Positions 48,656 through 60,638 of a stretch of DNA of 64,000 bases are shown here, piece after piece. Location of the stretch: assembly GCF_011045215.1 (NCBI RefSeq), contig NZ_CP049201.1, one strand, 5' to 3'. The translations under genes were made by a program, and so were the position numbers. The notes beneath the pieces are model-generated. The model did no database searches and was not told where the DNA came from. It was given only the letters and a program-made list of their open reading frames with translations. The DNA is from Escherichia coli (GTDB lineage: Bacteria > Pseudomonadota > Gammaproteobacteria > Enterobacterales > Enterobacteriaceae). Every line of letters begins with the position of its first letter. The first letter of the stretch is position 1.

Positions 48656-50551
48656 TTACCAGCCACCACCGCCTCCGCCACCCGCGCCGCCGCCAGAACC
48701 ACCACCGGAATAGCTCCGCCCCAACAAACTGGTATAGGCCCCGCAACTCAGGTGCGTCTGTAATGAGAATAAAACGCCACTACGGGCAATTTCCGGGGCG
48801 CTAACAGCCGCTGTGAGTGATGGGGTGATACGTGCTGCCCATTCTCTTCCAAGATTTGCTGAGACTGCCCAACCTAGCAACGCGTAATCCAGTTTCCGTG
48901 TTTCCCCTTTCCGCCGCCGCCCACTGTGTGTTGCCGCCTCTTTACGCGCAAGATAGTTAACGATAGCTTCACCGTGGGCATAACGTTGCTGCCCAGTTTG
49001 GGTAAACTTTGGCAGAAAAATATACCCCATACCAGTGAGATAACCGGTCAGGAAAACAGCGCTAAAATAACCCGCTGACATATACCAGTAAAAGAATACA
49101 TCTCCGACATTGATATAGAGAGAATAAAAGGCCACGCCTGAACAAATCAGCGGTAAAAACAAAGTGATGATTACACGATTAACGCAAGGCTTGTCATCAT
49201 CGCGGGCAAACAAAAGCTCAAGGGAACAAAATAAAAAAGGAAGAAGCCAGCAGATCATAATAAACATATCGCCCACCAGACTCATTCCTGCCCAGCCTAC
49301 AGGACTCAGGTTACCGTAGAGAATGACCGCCAATATTGCCAGTCCACCCCATTGCAAAAACATATCAGGCCGGTAAAACGAAGACTTTTTACGCGGCAGA
49401 TAAAATTTCTGCATTCGTAAAAATGCCCTGCGTAACACTCTGTTTCGCCCACCGCTCAGAATAACCTTATCGCTTTTGCGAAATAACGCGTCCAGCAATA
49501 ACTGCTCTGCGGGCAGTAATTCAGCATTATTTCTGGTCGCGCCTTCATTAACACGAATTAGGGTTTGCTGGTTCTTGTCATACTGATCTTCCAGATGAAT
49601 TTTTCCTTTCACAATCAGATTTACGATATCAGCACAAAAACCTTTATCGTCATAAACCAGCTTCGCATCGAGACGTAACATGCCGGGCGTGTAATCGGGT
49701 GGAATGACATCAGTTTCCATCACTTCCACCGGCGTAAATTGCGGCCTGCGCTTCCAGAGATATAACCATCCACACGCCAGGAACAGGCACGGAAACCAAA
49801 TTAACAACGATGACGTAGAAGGTAAAAGAAGATGGCTGAAAATATTCGTCGTTTGTGGTACCGGGGCATTACCAAGTAAAGCGTGAGGCCAGCGGTAGAG
49901 TACCGTGAAATCTTCACGATAAAACGGATCGCGGGATTCAATTCTTCCGTCCTCAAGGATGCGGCCATTTCGATATGTGTCGCCCTCTTCTCCAGTAAAG
50001 AGATCGATTTCGCTAAATGGATTACCCGCGATATCAGGGAACTTGAGTGAAAATCGGGTCTTATAGATTTCAAACGGCCAGTGGTTACCAGTCACGTTCC
50101 AGATTAACAGATCTGAATCTCCCTCACGCTGGAAAGCATTTTTAACCTGATAATGAATTTGATAATGATAGTCGCCTTGAGGCAAGAAACGTTGTTTATC
50201 GCCCACGACAATACTCATTAACCCGATATGCCAGTCATGATGCCAGGGTTCAGGAATACCATCACGGGTGACGCCAACAATATGATAGTTCAGCAGTGCA
50301 GCGTCCCCATTAGGCTGCATCCATAGTCGTGGTAAATCACGATAAAATCCGTGCTTAATCTGCTGATTTCGCGCCTGAAAATGAATGTTCTCTTTGATGT
50401 CGAGCACCCCATCCGGTTGCAGAGTGGCTTCAACATCAAAGAGCGAGATCCCTTCTTCATAAGAAGGCATCTCCGTGTTTTTCGCATAACTTAACGAAGA
50501 GAAAAAAAGCCCAACTATCAATAGCAAAATGCAGCGAAACTTCCCTGCCAT
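48656..50551 (-). CDS. yciQ: DUF2207 membrane protein
   Basis: 631-aa ORF with signal peptide, multiple TM segments and a Gly-rich C-terminus. Confidence 0.88.
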   Translation of the reverse strand: MAGKFRCILLLIVGLFFSSLSYAKNTEMPSYEEGISLFDVEATLQPDGVLDIKENIHFQARNQQIKHGFYRDLPRLWMQPNGDAALLNYHIVGVTRDGIPEPWHHDWHIGLMSIVVGDKQRFLPQGDYHYQIHYQVKNAFQREGDSDLLIWNVTGNHWPFEIYKTRFSLKFPDIAGNPFSEIDLFTGEEGDTYRNGRILEDGRIESRDPFYREDFTVLYRWPHALLGNAPVPQTTNIFSHLLLPSTSSLLIWFPCLFLACGWLYLWKRRPQFTPVEVMETDVIPPDYTPGMLRLDAKLVYDDKGFCADIVNLIVKGKIHLEDQYDKNQQTLIRVNEGATRNNAELLPAEQLLLDALFRKSDKVILSGGRNRVLRRAFLRMQKFYLPRKKSSFYRPDMFLQWGGLAILAVILYGNLSPVGWAGMSLVGDMFIMICWLLPFLFCSLELLFARDDDKPCVNRVIITLFLPLICSGVAFYSLYINVGDVFFYWYMSAGYFSAVFLTGYLTGMGYIFLPKFTQTGQQRYAHGEAIVNYLARKEAATHSGRRRKGETRKLDYALLGWAVSANLGREWAARITPSLTAAVSAPEIARSGVLFSLQTHLSCGAYTSLLGRSYSGGGSGGGAGGGGGGGW

Positions 50552-50578
50552 AGTCTTCCATCCGTGGAACGCAATTTG

Positions 50579-51199
50579 TTATAAGAAAGGCTTCACATCA
50601 CCTACGCCTTCACGCACCACGACCGGCGTATCATCGGTAAGATCAATAACCGTTGTTGGTTTCTGCCCGAGATAGCCACCGTGAATAATCAAATCCACCT
50701 GTTTTTCCAGACGGTCTTTAATTTCTTCCGGGTCCGATTCGGTAAATTCGCTGCCTGGCAGCATTAGCGAAGTGGAAAGCATCGGTTCGCCCAATGCTTC
50801 AAGCAACGCCTGCGCAATCGGGTTAGAAGGCACACGCATACCGATGGTTTTGCGTTTTTCCTGCAACAGACGGCGTGGCACTTCTTTCGTCCCTTTCAGG
50901 ATGAAGGTGTAGTTACCCGGCGTGTTGTTTTTCATCAAACGAAACGCAACGTTATCGACAAATGAATAGGTCGAGAGTTCAGAAAGATCGCGACACATCA
51001 GGGTAAAGTTGTGACCGTCCGGCAGCTGGCGAATACGACAAATACGCTCCATGGCGTTTTTATCTTCAATTTTACAGCCGAGCGCATAGCCGGAATCAGT
51101 TGGATAAACAATCACCCCGCCTTTGCGCACGATCTCCACCGCCTGGTTGATCAGACGTTGCTGTGGGTTATCTGGATGAATATAAAAAAACTGGCTCAT
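50579..51199 (-). CDS. yciO: YrdC/Sua5-family protein
   Basis: ORF trimmed to MSQFFYIHPDNPQQR start (206 aa). Confidence 0.92.
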   Translation of the reverse strand: MSQFFYIHPDNPQQRLINQAVEIVRKGGVIVYPTDSGYALGCKIEDKNAMERICRIRQLPDGHNFTLMCRDLSELSTYSFVDNVAFRLMKNNTPGNYTFILKGTKEVPRRLLQEKRKTIGMRVPSNPIAQALLEALGEPMLSTSLMLPGSEFTESDPEEIKDRLEKQVDLIIHGGYLGQKPTTVIDLTDDTPVVVREGVGDVKPFL

Positions 51200-52077
51200 A
51201 ATTCCCTCTCTGTGGTGTTCTGCGGCTGTTCCCATAGCTGCCAGACGCCTTCAACGCCTGCGGGCAGCCAGAGTTTACGACCCAGTTCGATCCACGGGCA
51301 TGGCTGATGAAAATCAGATCCTTGTGATGCCCATAAATGATGCTGACGCGCAAGTGTCGCCAGCTGGGTGCGTTCATTGGGCGATTGCTGGCACTGCGCG
51401 ACTTCCATCGCGTCGCCGTCGTGTTCGGCAAAATGCGCAACCAATCTTTTCAGCCATTTAGCACTAAGATTGTACCGCCCAGGATGAGCTAGCACCGCCT
51501 TACCGCCAGAATGATGAATGACATCAATAGCTTGTTCTATTGTACACCACTGTGGCGGAACGTATCCGGTTTTCCCGCGCGCCAGATACTTTTTAAAGAC
51601 ATCCGCCATTGAACTGGCTTTGCCGCACTCAACAAGGAAACGCGCAAAATGACCGCGCGTCACTGCGCCGCCCTGCGCCAGTCGTTGTGCGCCTTCCAGC
51701 GCCCCAGGTATTTGCGCTTTTTCAAGTCTTTCGGCAATTTGCTGCGCCCGCTGATTGCGCCGTTCTGTCTGCTGCGCGAGGAACTCACACATTAGCGGAT
51801 GAGTAATATCAATATTCAGCCCGACAATATGAATTTCATGATTTTCCCAGACCGTGGAAATTTCCACGCCGGGAATAAGATTCAGCGCCAGTCCCGAACG
51901 TGAAATTTCCTCTCTTGCTGGCGCGATTGCAGCTGTGGTGTCATGGTCGGTGATCGCCAGGGTGCCGACGCGCATCTCGACTGCACGGTGCACCAATGCT
52001 TCTGGCGTCAGGCAGCCATCGGAAGCTGTGGTATGGCTATGCAGATCGTAAATCACTGCGTAATTCGTGTCGCTCAA
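51196..52077 (-). CDS. trpH: PHP-domain 5'-3' exoribonuclease
   Basis: 293-aa ORF with PHP motif (YDLHSHTTASDG). Confidence 0.92.
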   Translation of the reverse strand: MSDTNYAVIYDLHSHTTASDGCLTPEALVHRAVEMRVGTLAITDHDTTAAIAPAREEISRSGLALNLIPGVEISTVWENHEIHIVGLNIDITHPLMCEFLAQQTERRNQRAQQIAERLEKAQIPGALEGAQRLAQGGAVTRGHFARFLVECGKASSMADVFKKYLARGKTGYVPPQWCTIEQAIDVIHHSGGKAVLAHPGRYNLSAKWLKRLVAHFAEHDGDAMEVAQCQQSPNERTQLATLARQHHLWASQGSDFHQPCPWIELGRKLWLPAGVEGVWQLWEQPQNTTEREL

Positions 52078-52153
52078 GGCGCACTCCCGTTCTGGATAAT
52101 GTTTTTTGCGCCGACATCATAACGGTTCTGGCAAATATTCTGAAATGAGCTGT

Positions 52154-52190
52154 TGACAATTAATCATCGAACTAGTTAACTAGTACGCAA
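52154..52190 (+). promoter_or_regulatory. trp promoter with TrpR operator
   Basis: TTGACA (52154-52159), 17-nt spacer, TTAACT (52177-52182); palindromic operator CGAACTAGTTAACTAGTACG. Confidence 0.95.
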
Positions 52191-52214
52191 GTTCACGTAA
52201 AAAGGGTATCGACA

Positions 52215-52259
52215 ATGAAAGCAATTTTCGTACTGAAAGCTTGGTGGCGCACTTCCTGA
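52215..52259 (+). CDS. trpL: trp operon leader peptide (14 aa, tandem Trp codons)
   Basis: ATG AAA GCA ATT TTC GTA CTG AAA GCT TGG TGG CGC ACT TCC TGA = [14 protein letters not shown]. Confidence 0.95.
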   Translation: [14 protein letters not shown]

Positions 52260-52299
52260 AACGGGCAGTGTATTCACCATGCGTAAAGCAATCAGATAC

Positions 52300-52329
52300 C
52301 CAGCCCGCCTAATGAGCGGGCTTTTTTTT
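52300..52329 (+). terminator. trp attenuator (3:4 terminator hairpin)
   Basis: CAGCCCGCC-TAAT-GAGCGGGC followed by eight T residues. Confidence 0.95.
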
Positions 52330-52350
52330 GAACAAAATTAGAGAATAACA

Positions 52351-53913
52351 ATGCAAACACAAAAACCGACTCTCGAACTGCTAACCTGCGAAGGCGCTTA
52401 TCGCGACAACCCGACTGCGCTTTTTCACCAGTTGTGTGGGGATCGTCCGGCAACGCTGCTGCTGGAATCCGCAGATATCGACAGCAAAGATGATTTAAAA
52501 AGCCTGCTGCTGGTAGACAGTGCGCTGCGCATTACAGCTTTAGGTGACACTGTCACAATCCAGTCCCTTTCCGGCAACGGCGAAGCCCTGCTGACACTAC
52601 TGGATAACGCCCTGCCTGCGGGTGTGGAAAATGAACAATTACCAAACTGCCGTGTGCTGCGCTTCCCCCCTGTTAGTCCACTGCTGGATGAAGACGCTCG
52701 CTTATGCTCCCTTTCGGTTTTTGACGCTTTCCGCTTATTGCAGAATCTGTTGAATGTACCGAAGGAAGAACGAGAAGCCATGTTCTTCGGCGGCCTGTTC
52801 TCTTATGACCTTGTGGCGGGGTTTGAAGATTTACCGCAACTGTCAGCGGAAAATAACTGCCCTGATTTCTGTTTTTATCTCGCTGAAACGCTGATGGTGA
52901 TTGACCATCAGAAAAAAAGCACCCGCATTCAGGCCAGCCTGTTTGCTCCGAATGAAGAAGAAAAACAACGTCTCACTGCTCGCCTGAACGATCTTCGCCA
53001 GCAACTGACCGAAACCGCGCCACCGCTGCCGGTGGTTTCCGTGCCGCATATGCGTTGTGAATGTAACCAGAGCGATGAAGAGTTCGGTGGCGTAGTGCGT
53101 TTGTTGCAAAAAGCGATTCGCGCTGGAGAAATTTTCCAGGTGGTGCCATCTCGCCGTTTCTCTCTGCCCTGCCCGTCACCGCTGGCGGCCTATTACGTGC
53201 TGAAAAAGAGTAATCCCAGCCCGTACATGTTTTTTATGCAGGATAATGATTTCACCCTGTTTGGCGCGTCGCCGGAAAGTTCGCTCAAGTATGACGCCAC
53301 CAGCCGCCAGATTGAGATCTACCCGATTGCCGGAACACGTCCACGCGGTCGTCGTGCCGATGGTTCACTGGACAGAGACCTCGACAGCCGCATCGAACTG
53401 GAAATGCGTACCGATCATAAAGAGCTTTCTGAACATCTGATGCTGGTGGATCTCGCCCGTAATGATCTGGCACGCATTTGCACCCCCGGCAGCCGCTACG
53501 TCGCCGATCTTACCAAAGTTGACCGTTACTCTTACGTGATGCACCTGGTCTCCCGCGTGGTCGGTGAGCTGCGCCACGATCTCGACGCCCTACACGCTTA
53601 CCGCGCCTGTATGAATATGGGTACGTTAAGCGGTGCGCCGAAAGTACGCGCTATGCAGTTAATTGCCGAGGCTGAAGGTCGTCGCCGCGGCAGCTACGGC
53701 GGCGCGGTAGGTTATTTCACCGCGCATGGCGATCTCGACACCTGCATTGTGATCCGCTCGGCGCTGGTGGAAAACGGTATCGCCACCGTGCAAGCCGGTG
53801 CTGGCGTAGTCCTTGATTCTGTTCCGCAGTCGGAAGCCGACGAAACCCGTAATAAAGCCCGCGCTGTACTGCGCGCTATTGCCACCGCGCATCATGCACA
53901 GGAGACTTTCTGA
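52351..53913 (+). CDS. trpE: Anthranilate synthase component I
   Basis: 520-aa [31 protein letters not shown]. Confidence 0.97.
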   Translation: MQTQKPTLELLTCEGAYRDNPTALFHQLCGDRPATLLLESADIDSKDDLKSLLLVDSALRITALGDTVTIQSLSGNGEALLTLLDNALPAGVENEQLPNCRVLRFPPVSPLLDEDARLCSLSVFDAFRLLQNLLNVPKEEREAMFFGGLFSYDLVAGFEDLPQLSAENNCPDFCFYLAETLMVIDHQKKSTRIQASLFAPNEEEKQRLTARLNDLRQQLTETAPPLPVVSVPHMRCECNQSDEEFGGVVRLLQKAIRAGEIFQVVPSRRFSLPCPSPLAAYYVLKKSNPSPYMFFMQDNDFTLFGASPESSLKYDATSRQIEIYPIAGTRPRGRRADGSLDRDLDSRIELEMRTDHKELSEHLMLVDLARNDLARICTPGSRYVADLTKVDRYSYVMHLVSRVVGELRHDLDALHAYRACMNMGTLSGAPKVRAMQLIAEAEGRRRGSYGGAVGYFTAHGDLDTCIVIRSALVENGIATVQAGAGVVLDSVPQSEADETRNKARAVLRAIATAHHAQETF

Positions 53914-55508
53914 TGGCTGACATTCTGCTGCTCGATAATATCGACTCTTTTACGTACAACCTGGCAGATCAGTTGCGCAGCAATGGGCATAACGTGGTGA
54001 TTTACCGCAACCATATTCCGGCGCAAACCTTAATTGAACGCCTGGCGACGATGAGCAATCCGGTGCTGATGCTTTCTCCAGGACCCGGTGTGCCGAGCGA
54101 AGCTGGTTGTATGCCTGAACTGCTTACCCGCCTGCGCGGTAAGCTGCCTATTATTGGCATTTGCCTCGGTCATCAGGCAATTGTCGAAGCTTACGGGGGC
54201 TATGTCGGTCAGGCGGGCGAAATTCTCCACGGTAAAGCGTCGAGCATTGAACACGACGGTCAGGCGATGTTTGCCGGATTAACAAACCCATTGCCGGTGG
54301 CGCGTTATCACTCGCTGGTTGGCAGTAACATTCCGGCAGGTTTAACCATCAATGCCCATTTTAATGGCATGGTGATGGCAGTACGTCACGATGCGGATCG
54401 CGTTTGTGGATTCCAGTTCCATCCGGAATCCATTCTTACTACCCAGGGCGCTCGCCTGCTGGAACAAACGCTGGCCTGGGCGCAGCAGAAACTAGAGCCA
54501 ACCAACACGCTGCAACCGATTCTGGAAAAACTGTATCAGGCACAGACCCTTAGCCAACAAGAAAGCCACCAGCTGTTTTCAGCGGTGGTACGTGGCGAGC
54601 TGAAGCCGGAACAACTGGCGGCGGCGCTGGTGAGCATGAAAATTCGCGGCGAGCACCCGAACGAGATCGCCGGAGCAGCAACCGCGCTACTGGAAAACGC
54701 CGCGCCGTTCCCGCGCCCGGATTATCTGTTTGCCGATATCGTCGGCACCGGCGGTGACGGCAGCAACAGCATCAATATTTCTACCGCCAGTGCGTTTGTC
54801 GCCGCGGCCTGTGGGCTGAAAGTGGCGAAACACGGCAACCGTAGCGTCTCCAGTAAATCTGGTTCGTCCGATCTGCTGGCGGCGTTCGGTATTAATCTTG
54901 ATATGAACGCCGATAAATCGCGCCAGGCGCTGGATGAGTTAGGTGTTTGTTTCCTCTTTGCGCCGAAATATCACACCGGATTCCGCCACGCGATGCCGGT
55001 TCGCCAGCAACTGAAAACCCGCACCCTGTTCAATGTGCTGGGGCCATTGATTAACCCGGCGCATCCGCCGCTGGCGTTAATTGGTGTTTATAGTCCGGAA
55101 CTGGTGCTGCCGATTGCCGAAACCTTGCGCGTGCTGGGGTATCAACGCGCGGCGGTGGTGCACAGCGGCGGGATGGATGAAGTTTCATTACACGCGCCGA
55201 CAATCGTTGCCGAGCTGCACGATGGCGAAATTAAGAGCTATCAGCTCACCGCAGAAGACTTTGGCCTGACACCCTACCACCAGGAGCAACTGGCAGGCGG
55301 AACACCGGAAGAAAACCGTGACATTTTAACACGCTTGTTACAAGGTAAAGGCGACGCCGCCCATGAAGCAGCCGTCGCGGCGAACGTCGCCATGTTAATG
55401 CGCTTGCATGGCCATGAAGATCTGCAAGCCAATGCGCAAACCGTTCTTGAGGTACTGCGCAGTGGTTCCGCTTACGACAGAGTCACCGCACTGGCGGCAC
55501 GAGGGTAA
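53913..55508 (+). CDS. trpD: Anthranilate synthase component II / anthranilate phosphoribosyltransferase
   Basis: 531-aa bifunctional ORF; start overlaps trpE stop. Confidence 0.97.
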   Translation: MADILLLDNIDSFTYNLADQLRSNGHNVVIYRNHIPAQTLIERLATMSNPVLMLSPGPGVPSEAGCMPELLTRLRGKLPIIGICLGHQAIVEAYGGYVGQAGEILHGKASSIEHDGQAMFAGLTNPLPVARYHSLVGSNIPAGLTINAHFNGMVMAVRHDADRVCGFQFHPESILTTQGARLLEQTLAWAQQKLEPTNTLQPILEKLYQAQTLSQQESHQLFSAVVRGELKPEQLAAALVSMKIRGEHPNEIAGAATALLENAAPFPRPDYLFADIVGTGGDGSNSINISTASAFVAAACGLKVAKHGNRSVSSKSGSSDLLAAFGINLDMNADKSRQALDELGVCFLFAPKYHTGFRHAMPVRQQLKTRTLFNVLGPLINPAHPPLALIGVYSPELVLPIAETLRVLGYQRAAVVHSGGMDEVSLHAPTIVAELHDGEIKSYQLTAEDFGLTPYHQEQLAGGTPEENRDILTRLLQGKGDAAHEAAVAANVAMLMRLHGHEDLQANAQTVLEVLRSGSAYDRVTALAARG

Positions 55509-56870
55509 ATGATGCAAACCGTTTTAGCGAAAATCGTCGCAGACAAGGCGATTTGGGTAGAAGCCCGCAAACAGCAGCAACCGCTGGCCAGTTTTCAGAA
55601 TGAGGTTCAGCCTAGCTCGCGACATTTTTATGATGCGCTACAGGGTGCGCGCACGGCGTTTATTCTGGAGTGCAAGAAAGCGTCGCCGTCAAAAGGCGTG
55701 ATCCGTGATGATTTCGATCCAGCACGCATTGCCGCCATTTATAAACATTACGCTTCGGCAATTTCGGTGCTGACTGATGAGAAATATTTTCAGGGGAGCT
55801 TTGATTTCCTCCCCATCGTGAGCCAAATCGCCCCGCAGCCGATTTTATGTAAAGACTTCATTATCGACCCTTACCAGATCTATCTGGCGCGCTATTACCA
55901 GGCCGATGCCTGCTTATTAATGCTTTCAGTACTGGATGACGACCAATATCGCCAGCTTGCAGCCGTCGCCCACAGTCTGGAGATGGGTGTGCTGACCGAA
56001 GTCAGTAATGAAGAGGAACTGGAGCGCGCCATTGCATTGGGGGCAAAGGTCGTTGGCATCAACAACCGCGATCTGCGCGATTTGTCGATCGATCTCAACC
56101 GTACCCGCGAGCTTGCGCCGAAACTGGGGCACAACGTGACGGTAATCAGCGAATCTGGCATCAATACTTACGCTCAGGTGCGCGAGTTAAGCCACTTCGC
56201 TAACGGCTTTCTGATTGGTTCGGCGCTGATGGCCCATGACGATTTGCACGCCGCCGTGCGTCGGGTGTTGCTGGGCGAGAATAAAGTGTGTGGCCTGACG
56301 CGTGGGCAAGATGCTAAAGCTGCTTATGATGCGGGGGCGATTTACGGTGGGTTGATTTTGGTTGCGACATCACCGCGTTGCGTCAACGTTGAACAGGCGC
56401 AGGAAGTGATGGCTGCGGCACCGTTGCAGTATGTTGGCGTGTTCCGCAATCACGATATTGCCGATGTGGTGGACAAAGCTAAGGTGTTATCGCTGGCGGC
56501 AGTGCAACTGCATGGTAATGAAGATCAGCTGTATATCGATACGCTGCGTGAAGCTCTGCCAGCACACGTTGCCATCTGGAAAGCATTAAGCGTCGGTGAA
56601 ACCCTGCCCGCCCGCGAGCTTCAGCACGTTGATAAATATGTTTTAGACAACGGCCAGGGTGGAAGCGGGCAACGTTTCGACTGGTCACTATTAAATGGTC
56701 AATCGCTTGGCAACGTTCTGCTGGCGGGGGGCTTAGGCGCAGATAACTGCGTGGAAGCGGCAAAAACCGGCTGCGCCGGGCTTGATTTTAATTCTGCTGT
56801 AGAGTCGCAACCGGGCATCAAAGACGCACGTCTTTTGGCCTCGGTTTTCCAGACGCTGCGCGCATATTAA
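55509..56870 (+). CDS. trpC: Indole-3-glycerol phosphate synthase / phosphoribosylanthranilate isomerase
   Basis: 453-aa [24 protein letters not shown]. Confidence 0.97.
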   Translation: MMQTVLAKIVADKAIWVEARKQQQPLASFQNEVQPSSRHFYDALQGARTAFILECKKASPSKGVIRDDFDPARIAAIYKHYASAISVLTDEKYFQGSFDFLPIVSQIAPQPILCKDFIIDPYQIYLARYYQADACLLMLSVLDDDQYRQLAAVAHSLEMGVLTEVSNEEELERAIALGAKVVGINNRDLRDLSIDLNRTRELAPKLGHNVTVISESGINTYAQVRELSHFANGFLIGSALMAHDDLHAAVRRVLLGENKVCGLTRGQDAKAAYDAGAIYGGLILVATSPRCVNVEQAQEVMAAAPLQYVGVFRNHDIADVVDKAKVLSLAAVQLHGNEDQLYIDTLREALPAHVAIWKALSVGETLPARELQHVDKYVLDNGQGGSGQRFDWSLLNGQSLGNVLLAGGLGADNCVEAAKTGCAGLDFNSAVESQPGIKDARLLASVFQTLRAY

Positions 56871-56881
56871 GGAAAGGAACA

Positions 56882-58075
56882 ATGACAACATTACTTAATC
56901 CCTATTTTGGTGAGTTTGGCGGCATGTACGTGCCACAAATCCTGATGCCTGCCCTGCGCCAGCTGGAAGAAGCTTTTGTCAGCGCGCAAAAAGACCCTGA
57001 ATTTCAGGCCCAGTTTAACGACCTTTTGAAAAACTATGCCGGACGCCCAACCGCGCTGACCAAATGCCAGAACATTACGGCTGGCACGAACACCACGCTG
57101 TACCTGAAGCGTGAAGATTTGCTGCACGGCGGCGCACACAAAACCAACCAGGTGCTCGGTCAGGCTTTGCTGGCGAAGCGAATGGGTAAAACCGAAATCA
57201 TCGCCGAAACCGGGGCTGGTCAGCATGGCGTGGCCTCTGCCCTTGCCAGCGCCCTGCTCGGCCTGAAATGCCGCATTTATATGGGGGCCAAAGACGTCGA
57301 GCGCCAGTCACCCAACGTTTTTCGTATGCGCTTAATGGGTGCGGAAGTGATCCCGGTGCATAGCGGTTCCGCAACGCTGAAAGATGCCTGTAACGAGGCT
57401 CTGCGCGACTGGTCCGGCAGTTATGAAACCGCGCACTATATGCTGGGTACCGCAGCCGGCCCACATCCTTACCCGACTATTGTCCGTGAGTTCCAGCGGA
57501 TGATTGGCGAAGAAACCAAAGCGCAGATTCTGGAAAGAGAAGGTCGCCTGCCGGATGCCGTTATCGCCTGTGTTGGCGGCGGTTCGAATGCCATCGGTAT
57601 GTTTGCAGATTTCATCAACGAAACCAACGTCGGCCTGATTGGTGTGGAGCCTGGTGGTCACGGTATCGAAACTGGCGAGCACGGCGCACCGCTAAAACAT
57701 GGTCGCGTGGGCATTTATTTCGGTATGAAAGCGCCGATGATGCAAACCGAAGACGGGCAGATTGAAGAATCTTACTCCATCTCCGCCGGACTGGATTTCC
57801 CGTCTGTCGGCCCACAACACGCGTATCTTAACAGCACTGGACGCGCTGATTACGTGTCTATTACCGATGATGAAGCCCTTGAAGCCTTCAAAACGCTGTG
57901 CCTGCACGAAGGGATCATCCCGGCGCTGGAATCCTCCCACGCCCTGGCCCATGCACTGAAAATGATGCGCGAAAACCCGGAAAAAGAGCAGCTACTGGTG
58001 GTTAACCTTTCCGGTCGCGGCGATAAAGACATCTTCACCGTTCACGATATTTTGAAAGCACGAGGGGAAATCTGA
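56882..58075 (+). CDS. trpB: Tryptophan synthase beta chain
   Basis: 397-aa [28 protein letters not shown]. Confidence 0.97.
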   Translation: MTTLLNPYFGEFGGMYVPQILMPALRQLEEAFVSAQKDPEFQAQFNDLLKNYAGRPTALTKCQNITAGTNTTLYLKREDLLHGGAHKTNQVLGQALLAKRMGKTEIIAETGAGQHGVASALASALLGLKCRIYMGAKDVERQSPNVFRMRLMGAEVIPVHSGSATLKDACNEALRDWSGSYETAHYMLGTAAGPHPYPTIVREFQRMIGEETKAQILEREGRLPDAVIACVGGGSNAIGMFADFINETNVGLIGVEPGGHGIETGEHGAPLKHGRVGIYFGMKAPMMQTEDGQIEESYSISAGLDFPSVGPQHAYLNSTGRADYVSITDDEALEAFKTLCLHEGIIPALESSHALAHALKMMRENPEKEQLLVVNLSGRGDKDIFTVHDILKARGEI

Positions 58076-58881
58076 TGGAACGCTACGAATCTCTGTTTGC
58101 CCAGTTGAAGGAGCGCAAAGAAGGCGCATTCGTTCCTTTCGTCACGCTCGGGGATCCGGGCATTGAGCAGTCATTGAAAATTATCGATACGCTAATTGAA
58201 GCCGGTGCTGACGCGCTGGAGTTAGGTATCCCCTTCTCCGACCCACTGGCGGATGGCCCGACCATTCAAAACGCCACTCTGCGCGCCTTTGCGGCAGGTG
58301 TGACTCCGGCACAATGTTTTGAAATGCTGGCACTGATTCGCCAGAAACACCCGACCATTCCCATTGGCCTGTTGATGTATGCCAATCTGGTGTTTAACAA
58401 AGGCATTGATGAGTTTTATGCCCAGTGCGAAAAAGTCGGCGTCGATTCGGTGCTGGTTGCCGATGTGCCTGTTGAAGAGTCCGCGCCCTTCCGCCAGGCC
58501 GCGTTGCGTCATAATGTCGCACCTATCTTCATCTGCCCGCCAAATGCCGATGACGACCTGCTGCGCCAGATAGCCTCTTACGGTCGTGGTTACACCTATT
58601 TGCTGTCACGAGCGGGCGTGACCGGCGCAGAAAACCGCGCCGCGTTACCCCTCAATCATCTGGTTGCGAAGCTGAAAGAGTACAACGCTGCACCTCCATT
58701 GCAGGGATTTGGTATTTCCGCCCCGGATCAGGTAAAAGCAGCGATTGATGCAGGAGCTGCGGGCGCGATTTCTGGTTCGGCCATTGTTAAAATCATCGAG
58801 CAACATATTAATGAGCCAGAGAAAATGCTGGCGGCACTGAAAGCTTTTGTACAACCGATGAAAGCAGCGACGCGCAGTTAA
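58075..58881 (+). CDS. trpA: Tryptophan synthase alpha chain
   Basis: 268-aa [31 protein letters not shown]. Confidence 0.97.
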   Translation: MERYESLFAQLKERKEGAFVPFVTLGDPGIEQSLKIIDTLIEAGADALELGIPFSDPLADGPTIQNATLRAFAAGVTPAQCFEMLALIRQKHPTIPIGLLMYANLVFNKGIDEFYAQCEKVGVDSVLVADVPVEESAPFRQAALRHNVAPIFICPPNADDDLLRQIASYGRGYTYLLSRAGVTGAENRAALPLNHLVAKLKEYNAAPPLQGFGISAPDQVKAAIDAGAAGAISGSAIVKIIEQHINEPEKMLAALKAFVQPMKAATRS

Positions 58882-58888
58882 TCCCACA

Positions 58889-58915
58889 GCCGCCAGTTCC
58901 GCTGGCGGCATTTTA
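58889..58915 (+). terminator. trp operon terminator after trpA
   Basis: GCCGCCAG-TTCCG-CTGGCGGC followed by ATTTT. Confidence 0.8.
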
Positions 58916-59261
58916 ACTTTCTTTAACGAAGCCGGAAAAATCCTAAATTCATTTTATATTTATCTTTTTACCGTTTCGCTTACCCCTGTCGAACGTCAAC
59001 TTACGTCATTTTTCCGCCCAACAGTAATATAATCAAACAAATTAATCCCGCAACATAACACCAGTAAAATCAATAATTTTCTCTAAGTCACTTATTCCTC
59101 AGGCAATTGTTAATATATCAAGAACGTTCCTCATAATATATTTTCCCACTTTCTTCTCGTTACGCTTAATTTGACTAATTCTCATTAGCGACTAATTTTA
59201 ATGAGTGTCGACACACAACACTCATATTAATGAAACAATGCAACGCAACGGGAGAAATAAC

Positions 59262-59441
59262 ATGGCCGAACATCGTGGTGGTTCAGGAAATTTCGCCGAA
59301 GACCGTGAGAAGGCATCCGACGCAGGCCGTAAAGGCGGTCAGCATAGCGGCGGTAATTTTAAAAATGATCCGCAACGCGCATCTGAAGCGGGTAAAAAAG
59401 GCGGTCAACAAAACGGTGGTAATAAATCAGGTAAATCCTGA
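59262..59441 (+). CDS. yciG: Small Gly-rich stress protein (KGG repeat)
   Basis: ORF trimmed to MAEHRGGSGNFAED start (59 aa), GGAG RBS 7 nt upstream. Confidence 0.88.
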   Translation: MAEHRGGSGNFAEDREKASDAGRKGGQHSGGNFKNDPQRASEAGKKGGQQNGGNKSGKS

Positions 59442-59526
59442 TTCACCGTTAATTATTAATATCAGCTGATAAAGATAATTGCATCTGCGGGCCGTATGGC
59501 TCGCAGTGATTCCACTGGAGAAAAAT

Positions 59527-60027
59527 ATGAATATGAAGACCATTGAAGATGTATTTATTCACCTGCTTTCAGATACCTACAGCGCAGAAAAACAATTAAC
59601 CCGGGCACTGGCAAAACTCGCAAGAGCAACATCAAACGAAAAATTAAGTCAGGCTTTTCATGCGCACCTCGAGGAAACACATGGACAGATTGAACGTATT
59701 GATCAAGTTGTGGAATCAGAATCGAATCTGAAAATTAAGCGCATGAAATGTGTGGCAATGGAAGGTCTTATTGAAGAAGCTAATGAGGTCATCGAAAGTA
59801 CCGAGAAAAACGAAGTGCGTGATGCCGCACTGATTGCCGCAGCACAGAAAGTCGAGCACTATGAGATTGCCAGTTACGGGACATTAGCGACGCTGGCTGA
59901 ACAATTAGGTTACCGTAAAGCAGCGAAGCTTCTGAAAGAGACCCTGGAAGAAGAAAAGGCCACCGACATCAAACTGACTGATCTGGCCCTTAATAACGTA
60001 AATAAGAAAGCCGAAAATAAAGCCTGA
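59527..60027 (+). CDS. yciF: DUF892 ferritin-like stress protein
   Basis: ORF trimmed to MNMKTIEDVFIHLL start (166 aa). Confidence 0.92.
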   Translation: MNMKTIEDVFIHLLSDTYSAEKQLTRALAKLARATSNEKLSQAFHAHLEETHGQIERIDQVVESESNLKIKRMKCVAMEGLIEEANEVIESTEKNEVRDAALIAAAQKVEHYEIASYGTLATLAEQLGYRKAAKLLKETLEEEKATDIKLTDLALNNVNKKAENKA

Positions 60028-60072
60028 AATATGAACTTTAACTTTTAGTCATTTTATAAAGAGGACATTTTC

Positions 60073-60579
60073 ATGAATCGTATTGAACATTATCATGACT
60101 GGTTACGTGACGCCCATGCAATGGAAAAGCAAGCCGAATCTATGCTTGAATCCATGGCCAGCCGTATAGATAATTATCCTGAACTACGTGCTCGTATTGA
60201 ACAACATCTTAGTGAAACCAAAAACCAGATTGTTCAACTGGAAACTATTCTTGATCGTAATGACATTTCACGTTCAGTCATTAAAGATTCCATGAGTAAA
60301 ATGGCTGCGCTTGGGCAGTCAATCGGTGGTATATTCCCTTCTGATGAAATAGTCAAAGGCTCTATTAGCGGATATGTCTTCGAGCAATTTGAAATCGCCT
60401 GTTACACCTCTCTATTAGCAGCAGCAAAAAATGCCGGTGATACAGCCTCAATTCCGATCATCGAAGCGATTTTAAATGAGGAAAAGCAAATGGCCGACTG
60501 GCTGATTGAGCATATTCCGCAAACAACTGAGAAATTTTTAATTCGATCTGAAACTGATGGCGTAGAAGCGAAGAAATAA
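60073..60579 (+). CDS. yciE: DUF892 ferritin-like stress protein
   Basis: 168-aa ORF MNRIEHYHDWLRDAHAMEKQAE. Confidence 0.92.
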   Translation: MNRIEHYHDWLRDAHAMEKQAESMLESMASRIDNYPELRARIEQHLSETKNQIVQLETILDRNDISRSVIKDSMSKMAALGQSIGGIFPSDEIVKGSISGYVFEQFEIACYTSLLAAAKNAGDTASIPIIEAILNEEKQMADWLIEHIPQTTEKFLIRSETDGVEAKK

Positions 60580-60603
60580 TACCCTTTATGCCATGTCCTT
60601 ATT

Positions 60604-60630
60604 GACCCCGTATATTACGGGGTCGTTTTT
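60604..60630 (+). terminator. Rho-independent terminator after yciE
   Basis: GACCCCG-TATATTA-CGGGGTC followed by GTTTTT. Confidence 0.85.
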
Positions 60631-60638
60631 GTGCGGAA

